Shown piece by piece: positions 52,260 to 63,272 of a stretch of DNA of 64,000 nt (positions are counted from its first letter, which is position 1; every line of letters begins with the position of its first letter). The stretch is from an uncultured Actinomycetes bacterium (GTDB lineage Bacteria; Actinomycetota; Thermoleophilia; UBA2241). The notes beneath the pieces were generated by a model. The model saw only the letters and a list, made by a program, of their open reading frames with translations. It had not been told where the DNA came from and did no database searches. The stretch lies in the NCBI GenBank assembly GCA_963755025.1, contig CAVWIH010000028.1:91944-155943 (forward strand). The letters are read 5' to 3'. The position numbers were made by a program, and so were the translations under genes.

Positions 52260-54002
52260 CAGCGCCTCACCACCCGACGGACCTCGCGGGCGAGCTGGTC
52301 GAGCGCAGGAGAGACGGCGGTCGAGACCGCTTGACCGATCGCCTGCGGAGAGCCGGCGCCGGAGCCGATCGTGAGCTGCACAACGACGGCGCCCGGAGAG
52401 ATGACGACGCTTTGCGCGCCGTACGCCGCCCCCGGCGAACGCCGGCGCAGCCCATTCCGCCGCCGCCGGCCGAAGCAAAGACGCGCGCGGCAGCCGCGGC
52501 GACCGTCGAGCGCGTGCCGTCCAGGCCGACGGCGACGCCCAGCCCCATGTAGCGCCCAAACGACGCCCAGACCTTCGAAGGCGAGCTGATGCCGAGCAGC
52601 TTCTTGGCCGCGCCTTCGAGAGCCCCGAGAGCAGCGAGCTGATCTTGTCGGTGACGGTGTGCCAGACGCTTGTGATGCCGGACACAAGGCCCTGCACTAT
52701 CGCCTGCCCCGCCTTGTAGAGCAGCGACCCGAGGTCGCCCACCGCCGAGAGGATGCGCCCGCCGAAGCCCTTGGCCAGCGAGACGACGGCGCCGAAGGCG
52801 TCTGACGCGCCGCTCTTGATCTGCGACCAGTGGTTGACCACCCACAGCACCGCCGGCCCGAGGCCGCCGGTGAAGGCGGCGAGCACGAGCGGTCCCCACC
52901 GCTTGAAGAACGCGACCAGGGAGTTGAAGACGGTGACGCTCGCGGTCTTGATCGCGCTCCAGGCGCCGAGCACCACGTCGCGGAAGGTCTGGCTCTTGCG
53001 GTAGGCGATGATCATGCCGGCGACCAGCGCGGCGATCGCCACGATGACGATGCCGATGGGGTTGGCGCTCATGGCGGCGTTGAGCAGCCACTGCGCCGCG
53101 GCCCAGACCTTCGAGGCGAGCTGCGCGAGCTGCATGGCCTTGGTGAGCGCGAGGATGCTTGAGGCAAACGGCGCCATGATCGCCGCGGCGCCGGCGACGG
53201 CGCCGAGCGCCACCACCACGGTCTTCACCGGACCCGGCAGCCGCTGGAACAGCCCGAGGCCGGTGTTGAGGTAGCCCATGAGCTTGCCCGTGACCGGCAG
53301 GAGCGCCGTGCCCACGGTGATCTGCAGCTGCTGCAGCGCGTTGTGGAACTTCGCCGCGGCGCCCGCCGAGGAGTCGCCGTAGGTCTTGGCGGCGCCTGAG
53401 AACTTGCGGTGCAGCTCGCCGAGTGCCTGCGTGGCCGTGGCGCCCTTGTCGATGACGATGCCGTACCGCTTGAGGATCCCGGTGTTGCCGTCGGCCACCC
53501 GGCCGACGAGCTGCGCTGCCTTGCCGAGATCCATGTTCTTGGCGCGCGCCAGGTCGGTCGCCAGGCCGAGCAGCTTCAAGCCCTTCGCAGAGGAGCCCGT
53601 GGTCTGGGTCAGGGTGGTGAGCGCGCCCTCGAGGTCGCCGCGCGAGTAGGCGGAGAGGTTCGACTGCGCCGGCACTACGCGCTGCATCTGCTTTTCGTAG
53701 GCGTCCCACAGCACGGCGCCGCGGCCCGCGGTCTTGGCGGTGTCCATGACGGCGGTGCGCAGCTGCGAGGTGCCGAGCTGGAACTCCCGGGCGGCGTCGA
53801 GCGAACCCTTGAGCCAGCGCAACACGGCCACCGCGGCGAGGCTCGAGCCGATCTTCGCCCAGGTCGAAGAGATCGCCGATCCCATGCTCTTCCAGGGCCC
53901 AGCCTGCGCCGCGGCCTCTTTGCGCATCCCGGCGAGCTGCGCCTGCGCCTTGTCGATCTGGGCAAGCGAGGCCTTGCCGTAGACGTTGACGACGACCGCC
54001 AT
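52259..54002 (-). CDS. Tape measure protein (indels)
   Basis: Ala/Gly-rich; AAQWLLNAAMSANPIGIVI; LLGISSPSKV. Confidence 0.88.
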
Positions 54003-54525
54003 CAGAAGGCCTCGCCGGCGGCGCCGAGACGGTCCTGGCAGATGCGCTCGGCCTGCGCCATCATCACGCGGATCTGGTTCTCGGCGCGGTCCTTGTTGCG
54101 GTCCCAGGCGCCCCACAGGAAGCGGCCCGGTTTGCCGTAGCCGTCGAGCCAGCGCACCATGGCGGCGCCCTGGCCGGTGATGGGACCGCCGAGGCGCGAC
54201 TGGCCGCGCGTGCCGGCGAACTCGAAGATGGCGGCGTTGCGCCCGGCGACAGAGCCGGCCCGGGCGAAGACCTTGACGCCGACCTTCTTGCCGCGCACGG
54301 TCATGCGGGCGCCGTAGCCGCCCTTGGCCTCAGGCGGAGCTGCGGCGTCGGCGTCGACGACGAGCAGGTCGCCCACGGTCTTCAGGCCCACGGATCAGGC
54401 CGGCGTAGATGTCGCGGTCGAGCATGCGCAGCGCGGCGAGCGTCTCCTCGAGCCCGTCGATGCGGATCTCGGCGGAGAAGCCGGTCTCGCCGGCGCCCAC
54501 GACCTTGCCCGAAACCGCTCACGCC
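54002..54525 (-). CDS. HK97 gp10-like tail-completion protein (indels)
   Basis: IRIDGLEETLAALR...IFEFAG...PGRFLWGAWD. Confidence 0.6.
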
Positions 54526-54669
54526 CATCGTCTCCTTGTAGCGCGCCAGCAGCTCCTCGCCGGCGCCGCTCGCGCTCCTGCTCTGCGAGCAGCTCCTGAA
54601 GCGCCGCGAAGACCTCGCCGTCACAGTGCTGCAGGTCGAGTCCGAACCCGCAGGCAAGCGCCGCGCTCG

Positions 54670-55050
54670 CTACAGCGAAGGCGGCGCCTGAGATTCCCCC
54701 GCGCCGTCACCGAGCTCCTCCACGCGGCGGTGCAGGTACTCGGCCTCGGCCTTTCTGACCTGGCCGGTGGCCACGAGCTCCTCGACGTCTGCGTGCGAGA
54801 GGCGCGGCTCGATCTCGTCGACGCGCTGGTACCAGCTCATGAACTCGCCGTCCGTGACCAGCCCGGCGCGCTTCAAGCGCGAAGAAGGCGTTGCAGGCCA
54901 GGCGCTCGGCGTCGGTGACCCACTCCTCGCCGGTGTCCGGGTCGCGGTAGAGCCGGCCGCGCGAGCTCGCGGTTTTTGAGCATGTCGTCGTAAGGCTGCA
55001 GCCAGGCGGTCTGCTCCTCGCCCTCGAGGTAGCGAACGATGACCCTCTTC
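54670..55050 (-). CDS. Tail assembly chaperone with GGGGGAA slippery site
   Basis: Follows the major tail gene. Ends GCG GGG GAA TCT with an open -1 frame. Confidence 0.65.
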   Translation of the reverse strand, partial: EEGHRSLPRGRGADRLAAALRRHAQKPRARAAGSTATRTPARSGSPTPSAWPATPSSRLKRAGLVTDGEFMSWYQRVDEIEPRLSHADVEELVATGQVRKAEAEYLHRRVEELGDGAGESQAPPSL

Positions 55051-55062
55051 ACAGGACCCCTC

Positions 55063-56044
55063 CTAGTAGGACGCGACGGTGTTGATCAGCGTGGCGGTGA
55101 TAGGCGTGCCGCCCGGTGCGGCCGGGTAGCAGCCGCCGGCGATCGTCATGGTGCCGGGACCGCCCTTGGCGTCGGCCTTGGGCAGGTCGCCCAGGAAGCC
55201 GACGTTGTAGGCGCCCCACTTGATCGAGTCGGCGCCCTTGGCGAAGCTGACCTCAAAGGAGCCGTACTGCGGCGTGGTCGCGATCGACGTGCCGCGACGT
55301 AGAGCCGGTCAGGATCTTGCGCCACAGCGTGGCGTCGGCGGGGATGCAGTCAAGCGAGACGTCGATGTTGAGGTTGCCCTCGAGTGCGTCGCCGGCCTCG
55401 ATCGCCCCGGAGAAGATCGGCGTGGTGACGTCCTGGGCGATGGTGATCTTGCCGCCGACCACCGAGGCCACCGCCGGCATAGTCGAAGCGACGTCGTACT
55501 TGAACGTGCCGCCCACCGGCGTGTAGTAGTTAAGCGTGCCCGACTCGTCAGTGGCCGGCGCGAAGGTCGCCGGGAACGACAGCACGCAGCCGTCGGTCTC
55601 CACCGAGACCACGACCGGCTGGTTGTCGGACCAGGACCACTCGAGCTTGGTGATCTTCGAGTCGCGCACCGCGACGATCGTGCCGTCGCTCTTCTTGGCG
55701 AACATCGAGAGGTAGGGCACGGTGAGCGCCTGGGTGAGCACGTGGGTGTACGGCCCCGTGCCGCTCACGGCGTCGTTGCCCAGCAGCCCGAGGATGTAGA
55801 GCCCGATCGACTTCTGCCAGGCGCGCGTGTCGAAGGCGAACTTCTCGTCGACTGAGTTGCGGTAGGCGCCCGGCGCGGCGCGACCGGCCGAGGTCATCGG
55901 GTCGTCGGCCTGGGCGATGGCGATCGCCGGCAGGTCGCCCGACGCCACGCCGTGGGCGAAGGTCGGGTTGGCGGCAAGCGCGCCCTGCGCGGTCTGCTTT
56001 GCCACGCCGACGATGTCGCGACCGATCTGCAGAGCACCAGCCAT
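55063..56044 (-). CDS. Major tail (tube) protein (indels)
   Basis: MAGALQIGRDIVGVAKQT...GTGPYTH...; GGAGG RBS; position in the module. Confidence 0.78.
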
Positions 56045-56276
56045 GGTCAGACCTCCGGGGTGATCGTTTGCGCCGGCCGGCGCGGCCTGCCGCGTCTGGC
56101 CAGCCCAAGTCCGACGAGGTGCTCGAGCAGCTCGAGCCGCGGCGGCCTCGGAGGCGATCGCCACGCCGCCGCGCAGCTCGAACTCGCCGTCGTGGTGCTC
56201 GCCGTGGAACTCGCCCCAGACCTTCTGCGTGACTGTGTAGGTGCGCCTCATCGCGCCTCCCATCCTGAGCAGACCG

Positions 56277-56718
56277 TCACGCCGTGGCCTCGCCTGCCCA
56301 GGAGACGGTGAGCTCGATGCCGTAGGACCGCTGGTGCTCGTCGGGAATGGCCTCCTGGCCCCTGCTGGCGGTGACCTCGCAGCGATCGACAAGCCCGCCG
56401 AGCGTGCGGTCGGCGGCGAGCGCATCCTCGACTGCGTTCACGAGCGCCGTGCAGGCGTCGCGCACGTCCGCGAAGACATTGGTCGACATGAGCACCGAGC
56501 AGCGCACCTTGCAGTCCGTGCTCCTCGGCACGCTGCTGCCAGCCGGTCGTCGCCCAGGCGATCGCCGCCTCGAAGTCGCCGGCGACCCAGATCTGCTGGT
56601 CGGCAAGGCCGCCGGCCGGGTAGCCCACGGAGACGTTTGCGGCGCTCGGCGCCGTGGCGGCGATCGCTGCGCCGAGCGCGTCCATGACCTGCGGCGCGAG
56701 CGCGCGGAAGCCGCTCAT
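56277..56718 (-). CDS. Tail terminator / head-completion protein (indel)
   Basis: VSVGYP...LVNAVEDALAADRTLGGLV. Confidence 0.6.
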
Positions 56719-57610
56719 GCGCGCGGGCGCCGGCGCCCGAACTCGAAGATGGCCGTGTCGACCTCGGGGATCCCGGTCGGTCGGCCGGGACCGGCGACCG
56801 AGAGGCGAAAGAAGCCGACGTCGGTCGCCTCGACCGTGGCGCGGCTGGCGAGCGCGGTGCGGAAGATGTACTCGCGCGCCAGCATCATGACCGCGGTGGC
56901 CACCGGCGCCGGCGCGAAGTCGAGACCGTGCTCGAGCACGACCGACACGGACGAGCGGTCGAGCCAGTAGCCGCCCGACGGCTGGTCGAGCGCGCCCCAC
57001 TCGGTGAAGTCGAGGTTCGCGAGGTCGCGACGGCGCCATGGCCGCGCCGTTGATCGACACGGAGCGCACCGTGCGCAGCGCGTTGACGTGCGTCTCGAGG
57101 CGCTTGATGCCGGCGTCGTAGCCGATGCCGTAGCCGATGGGCATGGGGTAGCCCTGGACCTGCTTCGACCAGCGCCGGCAGCGCGGCACGTAGGCCAGGC
57201 GCGCCGCCTTCTCGAACCGCTGCTCGCCGGCGACGCGCGCGGCGCGCAGCATGGCGGCGGGAAACTTGATGGTGTCGGAGAAGGTCGGGATCCCAGGCGC
57301 GGAAGTCGGCGACCTCGTAGATGAAGCCGCCGCAGAGCTCGAAGTAGCTGTGCCAGGTGGTCGGGCCGCTCGGCGCGGTGCCCGTCCAGACGGCGGTGTA
57401 GGTGTCCAGCAGCAGCGCTGCGCCACCGGCAGCGCGAGCGTGAGCGTGGTGCCGGCGATCGTCGCGGCGCCGCAGTAGACCTGCGCGCCGCCGCCGTCGC
57501 TGACCACGACCGTCGGCGAGCCCGTCACGGTGCACGGCGCCTCGGTCGCGGGGTCGATCGTGGTGACGACGAGCGGGTAGGTGCCGACGCTCTGCTGCCT
57601 GAAACGGTCC
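56715..57610 (-). CDS. Head-tail connector/adaptor protein (indels)
   Basis: VVLEHGLDFAPAPVATAVMMLA...PTGIPEVD. Confidence 0.6.
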
Positions 57611-58040
57611 ACGACGCCCTCCCTAGCCAAAGCACGGCCGCGGGAGCACCCGAACAGACGCTCCCGCGGCCTCATCACGGTGTCCTACTTGCGCCGGCGG
57701 CGACTGCGGGTCGCCACCTCGCCGGCCTCACGGACGGCGGTCTCGGTGTCGCCCGACCAGACCGCCGCGCCGATGCCGACGAAGACGTGCGCGACGGAGC
57801 TCGGGAGTTCGGCCACCTCCTCAGCTCTCGAAGACGCGCTCGGTCGCGCCCTCGGCGGTGCCGATGCACCACGGCGTGCGGCGGGTGAAGCGGACCTCGA
57901 CGATCGGGTCGATGAACGGCTCGGCGACGCGCGGAGCGTCCTCGGCTCCCGGATCCTCGTCTGCCGGCGCCTCGTCGACCGGCGCCTGCTCGGCGCCGAC
58001 CTCCGCGGCGGTGTCCTCGTCTGCCATGACGGACCCCCTG

Positions 58041-59239
58041 CTAGACGTTGTTGCTCTTGCAGAGCACGACCGCGTACGGATCCCAGGGGATGCCGCCGAA
58101 GCGACCCAGGCCGTAGAAGATGACGTTCGGCTTGGCGGTGAAGGGGTCGCGCAGGATGGTGGGCTGCTTGTGGATGCCGACCGCGTAACCGCGCGCCAGA
58201 TCGCCGAAGGCGACCGGGTAGGCCGCGGCGCCGATCGCCGGAGCGTCGTCGACCTCGACCACCGGCTTGCCGAGGATGGAGAACGAGCCGTCGGTCGGGT
58301 TGGGCAGCACCAGCGGCGTGTTGTTGAGGTTGGGGTAGGCAAAGCCCATGGCGATCGCCAGGTTCTGCGAGCTCAGGTACCACTTGGCGTTGGCGCGGTA
58401 CTTGATGGGCAGCTTGAAGAACTGCGTGAGGAAGCCCGTGTTGGTGAGCGCCGCCGCGGAGCCCGAGAGCGTGGTCTGGTAGGTGCCGCTCGCCACGAAG
58501 ATGCCGGCCAGCTTCTGCGAGCCGGACCCGGCGCCCACCGCGGCGTCGGCGTTCATGCCCTCGAGGAAGTCCTGGTAGATCCAGTCGAGGTACATCTGCT
58601 CGGCGTCGGGGATGTCGTCTAAGAACGTCTGCGACGCGCGCTGGTCGGTGTAGTAGTCGAAGGCCTGCAGCGCCGACGCGGCGCCGCCGGCGAAGGTCGG
58701 CTCGGTCTGCTCGGTGCGCGCCCCGGTCTCTGTGGTCGAGGCGGTGGCGCCGTGCGTGGCCTTGAACGGCAGGTACATGGTGGTGTTGCCGTTCATGTTG
58801 AAGACCGTGCAGTCCTGGATGAGCGGGCTGTGCTTGCGGTACTTCTCGATCAGCGGAGCGTGGATGGGCTCGGGCACGAGGAAGCCGCCGTTTGCGCCCG
58901 TGCCGCCGATGAGCGCGGCGCGCGCCTCGCCGCTCTCCGCCCCGGGATTGCGGACCACGCCGGTCTCCATGAAGTGGCGCAGGTCGGCCATGATCGCCTT
59001 CTCCGGCGACTCGCCGCCGGCGACGACCGGCGCGGTGCCGGCGACCGACGCGCGCATGGTCTCAAGCTCTGCTGTCTCGCAGGCTGCGCGCGACCTCCTC
59101 GAGTACGCCCATGCGACCGACGTCGCGCATGACCTGGTCGCGGTCCTCCGGCGTCATCTCGGCGCCCTTGGCGAGCAGCGCCTCGTTACGCGAGCGGATC
59201 TCGCTCGGCTTCCTTCTCCAACTCACGGTAGTCAGCCAT
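58041..59239 (-). CDS. Major capsid protein, HK97 fold (indels near N-terminus)
   Basis: GGFLVPE, E.GAR, SILGKPV, VAFGDLARGY, RDPF...FYG..RFGG. Confidence 0.92.
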
Positions 59240-60095
59240 CGCGGCCAGCTCCCTTCACAGTCATGAACCCGACCCCGGGCACTGCCACGAGGTCGCTGGC
59301 GCGCGCCGAACCGGCGCCGGACGGGACGGCCGGCGGACCGCCGGCCTCCCCGGTGTCCTGCTTTGCTGCGGACCGACCCTCGACGCCCACGCCGGGCTCG
59401 GCCTCGTCGCTCGCCTCGCCGGCGACCTGGCTGTCCGCGGCCCAATTCGGGTCGGCGGCGCTGAGCACGGTCTCGGCGAGGTCGTGCATCTGGATCAAAG
59501 CGGCGAGGTTGTCGGCGGAGAGCACCTTGCCTTCGCGCAGCTCGCCGGGCAGCGCCGCCCAGACGCGGCGGCGCAGCTCGCCGCTGATGCTGGCCCGCGC
59601 GAGAGCAATCGTTTGCGGGTATGCCGGGATGGCCACGACCGACACTTCCGAGACCAGCGCGCGCAGCACGGTGCGCAGCACGTAGCCGCCGTCGGGCGCC
59701 GCCTCGCTGGGCACCCAGGCGATGTCGTCTTCGAGCGCGAGGAAGCGGAACGACATCTGGTTGACGTCGCCGCGGCCCATCGAGACCAGCAGGTCGCGCG
59801 CCCAGCTCGTGTCCGGCGGGTAGCCGGTCACCACGATGCCCGAGCCGTCGTCTAAGGCGTCGAGCGTGCTGGCGCTCTGGCGACCGATGACCATGCTGGT
59901 CTGGTGGTCGTTGAGCATGCGCAGGTCGGGGTCGAGCTCCACCGAGTGCGGCGCGAAGACCTCGCGCCAGCCGCCCATGTCCTCGGAGACGGCGCCGTAG
60001 ACGATCGCCTTGCCCTGGATGCGGTCGGGAGCGCCGTCGCCGGCGGAGAGGAAACGCAGGTCGGGAACGACCCTCATGCGAAGCTCTGAGTTCAT
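59232..60095 (-). CDS. HK97-family prohead protease
   Basis: GKAIVY..SEDMGGWREVF, LNDH, QMSFRF, EVSVVAIPAYPQT. Confidence 0.92.
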   Translation of the reverse strand: MNSELRMRVVPDLRFLSAGDGAPDRIQGKAIVYGAVSEDMGGWREVFAPHSVELDPDLRMLNDHQTSMVIGRQSASTLDALDDGSGIVVTGYPPDTSWARDLLVSMGRGDVNQMSFRFLALEDDIAWVPSEAAPDGGYVLRTVLRALVSEVSVVAIPAYPQTIALARASISGELRRRVWAALPGELREGKVLSADNLAALIQMHDLAETVLSAADPNWAADSQVAGEASDEAEPGVGVEGRSAAKQDTGEAGGPPAVPSGAGSARASDLVAVPGVGFMTVKGAGRDG

Positions 60096-61660
60096 GAAGC
60101 GCCCTCCTCGTCCTGCGCCGACGGACCTGGCGCCATGATGAAGTCGCCGTCACGCCGCCCGACGAAGTGCTCGACGAGCGTGCGCGGCTGCAGCACGATG
60201 CCGAGGTGGACCGCCGACTCACAGACCGGCGCCAGCACGCGGTGCGCGAACGCCTCGGTGTCGGTGAGCGGTCGGCCCCGCTCTTTGTCCTCCAGCGCGC
60301 GGCGCGCGATGAGGTCGCCGGAGTGGCGCACCATGGTGGCCACCGCGAAGCGCGCCTGCTCGCCGGCCTCGAGGTTGCGCGCGGCGTCGCCGGTGCGGGC
60401 ACGACCTCCTCCGCCTTGACCTTGTCCGCGGCCGGTACCGGCGCCGGCGCGGTGAGGAAGAGGTTGGCCGGCGCGGTGTTGAGCGGCAGCCGGTAGTCGT
60501 CGCCACCGTCGTAGGGGTTCCAGTCCTCAAGGGCGCGCGCCTCGTTGGGGGAGAGCACGCCGCATAAGATGAGGATGGAGTAGCCCGCCGAGCGCGCCGC
60601 GAAGTCGCCGCGCAGCAGCGAGTCGATGTTGAACTTGGTGAAGTAGCCGGCGGCGATCTCGCTCGGCAGGAACAGGCGCTGCGCGATCGACGCCTCGGTG
60701 TCGACGGCCAGCGGCAGCAGCGTGTGCTGGCCGAACCAGATGCCGGCCTGCTCGGCGTTGGTGTAGGTGCCGTGCGTCCAGTCCTGCAGCAGCGGCAGCG
60801 GCACGCGGAACAGCCGACAGCACTCCTCGAGGATCCACCGCTGCTCCTCGAGCAGCTGCGCGTCTTTGAGGCTCATGGCGTTCTGCAGCAGCTTGAGGCC
60901 GCGGTCGAAGATGCGCAGCTCGCCGGCGCTGAGCACGCCGGCGGAGCCCTTGAACTGCTCGGTGAGCGCCTCGAAGTCCTCGTCGGTCAAGTCCTGGTCG
61001 GTCGAGAGGTAGCCCGGGAAGTGGTTGCCGTTGGCCAGGAAGCGCGCGAAGAACTGGCTCGAGGCGATCGACAGGCCGATGGTGTCGCGGGCGGCGTTGA
61101 TGATCGAGCGGCCCCAGTAGGGGTTCTTGAGGATCTGCCCCTTGAAGTGCAGGATCTCGCTCGCCGGGTAGACGCCGGCCGGGACGATGACGTCGCCCGA
61201 GTAGGCGTAGGCCATGCCCGCCGGCGTCATCTTCATGGTGGGCAGCGCGCCGGTCATCGGCCAGACCTCGACCGGCTCGCCCTTGGCCCAGACCACGTGT
61301 GCGAAGACGTTGCCGACGAGGTCTTCCTGGATCTGCTTCCAGCGCCAGAACTGCGGCGCGGTGAGGATGGGGTTGGGCGCCACGGAGAGCAGCCGGTAGG
61401 CCGGATGGTCGTCGCGCTCCACGCGATCGCGGCCGACCTTCTGGCGGACCTGGAGCGGCAGCGAAGAAAAGGAACCGGCGCGGACCTGCAAGACAGCCGA
61501 GCACGGCGACTGAGGTCAGCGCGGTCTCGTCATTGACGGAGAAGCCCGACGCGGTCTGGTTGTAGATGGCAAGGGCGCGGTAGAGCTCGCTGGACTCGTC
61601 CAACGCACGCTTCTGGGGGCGAGCGCCGAAGAGGCGCAGCGGGTTGAAGTTCACGGGCAC
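60092..61660 (-). CDS. Portal protein, HK97 family (indels)
   Basis: HPAYRLL..APN, EILHFK, GRS.I, CRLFRVP, FNIDSLLRGD, SPNEARALE. Confidence 0.92.
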
Positions 61661-61780
61661 CTCACCTCGAGCCGATAGACTGGCCCTACGATGAGAAGCC
61701 CGTCACGCCCCTCCACTGGCCGCACGCTGGAGCGCGTAGTATGGAAGTCGCAGTGTCCTACCGGCGCCTGAAGGATGGCC

Positions 61781-62535
61781 ATGAGACCACGCCTCACCGC
61801 CAGAGCTCGCCTCGCGATGGCCGTCGTCGTCCTAGGTGTCGTTGCCCTACTCGCCGCCTGTGGCGGTTCGGCGCACACCACCGGGTCCGGCATCGTCGGC
61901 TACTGGCAGTGGCCGTTAGCCGGCAGCCGAACTCCCCCTCAAACGTTCCAGAATTAACGGACGGGAAGTACCTACTCCGTTGGCTCGAACGGCGGCACGC
62001 CGGTGAGGGTGCCTAGCAAAGGTACGACGCTGCTTCTCCAAAAAGGGAGGACCACGAGCAAGGGCGTGCGATTTGCCACTGTCCATCTCGTCCTCGACGG
62101 CCGCCGCCTCACCCTAGATAAGCACAGACTGGTCGAGCGGACACATCCTGCGTCGTATCGTCATACGCCGCTGCTGTCCAAGGCCGGTTATGTCGCCGAC
62201 GCCTCTGCGTTTCGCAAATGGCAGATCGAGACCTCGGTGCAGTACCTCGGCAACGGCGGTCGGCTACTGGGCTAACGGACACCGCGGCGTCTACCCGCGT
62301 CCGAGCGATGTGACTGTGGACGGGGCGCTTGGGTTGCGCTAAAAGGGCGTCCCAGAGCGGATGGCTCATGAATCCATACACGGGAAAGCCCATGAAGCCA
62401 GGGACCGTGCCTGGTGACTTCACCTACACCTCAAGCGGCTCGCACTTCGAGCTGATCGGTCATCTGCCCGGTGGGAAGTCGTACATCCTGCGCACGTCTG
62501 GCGTGCCCAAGGATGTCTTTGTGACCGGCTTCTAG
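61781..62535 (+). CDS. Antisense-oriented moron lipoprotein (indels)
   Basis: Lipobox ALLAA-CGG. C-terminal MNPYTGKPMKPG..PGDFTY...FELIGH. Lower GC; lies between terminase and portal. Confidence 0.6.
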
Positions 62536-62829
62536 GTTTGGAACCTCCAACTGGCCCTCGCCGAGCGGAATACTCCAGACGCCGCCAGTGCGGGCAAACG
62601 ATGGCGCAAAGGCGTTGGCCTCCGACTCGGCCAGGTAGACGACCATGGCCAGCGCGACCGCGGCGTCGATTACTTCGGCGTCGTCTGTGACCTTGGTGAG
62701 GCGCCAGCCGTAAGGCGTCGCCTTCACGCCGGCATTGAGCACCTGCTCCCGCAGCACCCTCGAGCCGCCGTGCGCCAGCCGCCCCTCCTGCAGCACGTCG
62801 AACAGCGTCATGGCCGCAGAGCTCATGCG
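62431..62829 (-). CDS. Terminase large subunit, C-terminal fragment (true stop may be near 62532)
   Basis: RLAHGG..VL..QV.NA......GWRL.K.....IDAAVALAM. Confidence 0.85.
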   Translation of the reverse strand, partial: RMSSAAMTLFDVLQEGRLAHGGSRVLREQVLNAGVKATPYGWRLTKVTDDAEVIDAAVALAMVVYLAESEANAFAPSFARTGGVWSIPLGEGQLEVPNLEAGHKDILGHARRAQDVRLPTGQMTDQLEVRAA

Positions 62830-62868
62830 AGCAATACGGTGGCGCTACTGGTTCAGAGTACGTATTAC
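62830..62868. other. Oxford Nanopore adapter remnants / chimeric read junction
   Basis: AGCAATACG (reverse complement of the adapter end), then TACTGGTTCAGAGTACGTATT (similar to TACTTCGTTCAGTTACGTATT). GC changes abruptly. Confidence 0.9.
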
Positions 62869-63167
62869 ATAAAACAAAGAAATTCCGTGGCTGGTCTACG
62901 CCGACAGCCGCAAAACGATATTTTTCCCATATCCAGCACGTGAAACTTGCGAACATTCAGTGCGAGCGGTGTCATGGTCCGCAGGATAAGTCTGAAGCGC
63001 TTCGGTCGTATCAAGAAAACAGGATCAGCGGTTACAGCCGCGATATATCGGGAGAAAATATTTCGGGGATTAAATCCAACCCATGGCAAGGGATGAATAT
63101 GGACGACTGCGCGAAGTGCCACGAAGAGCGGAGGGTCGTCAGCGGGTGCCTTCAATGCCACAAATAA
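62869..63167 (+). CDS. qrcA: Multiheme cytochrome c, QrcA-like, 5'-partial (foreign DNA)
   Basis: EIPWLVY, CERCH, ENRISGYSRDI, MDDCAKCH, CLQCHK. Confidence 0.75.
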
Positions 63168-63272
63168 AATCGGAAGCTTTGGGGAATCCCAGTCGCAATG
63201 TCACAGACTTCAAATAGTTGCTATGCCAAAGGCAATTCTTCAGAAGGTTGATACCCAAAATTGGAATCAAAT

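Larger units (their letters stand above)
39217..62829 (-). mobile_element. Prophage (HK97-type head, long non-contractile tail), integrated at selC, truncated at the read junction
   Basis: Terminase, portal, protease, capsid, tail, TMP, HNH, lysin, holin, HTH, ERF and replication genes all on the minus strand. GC drops right after selC. Confidence 0.93.
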
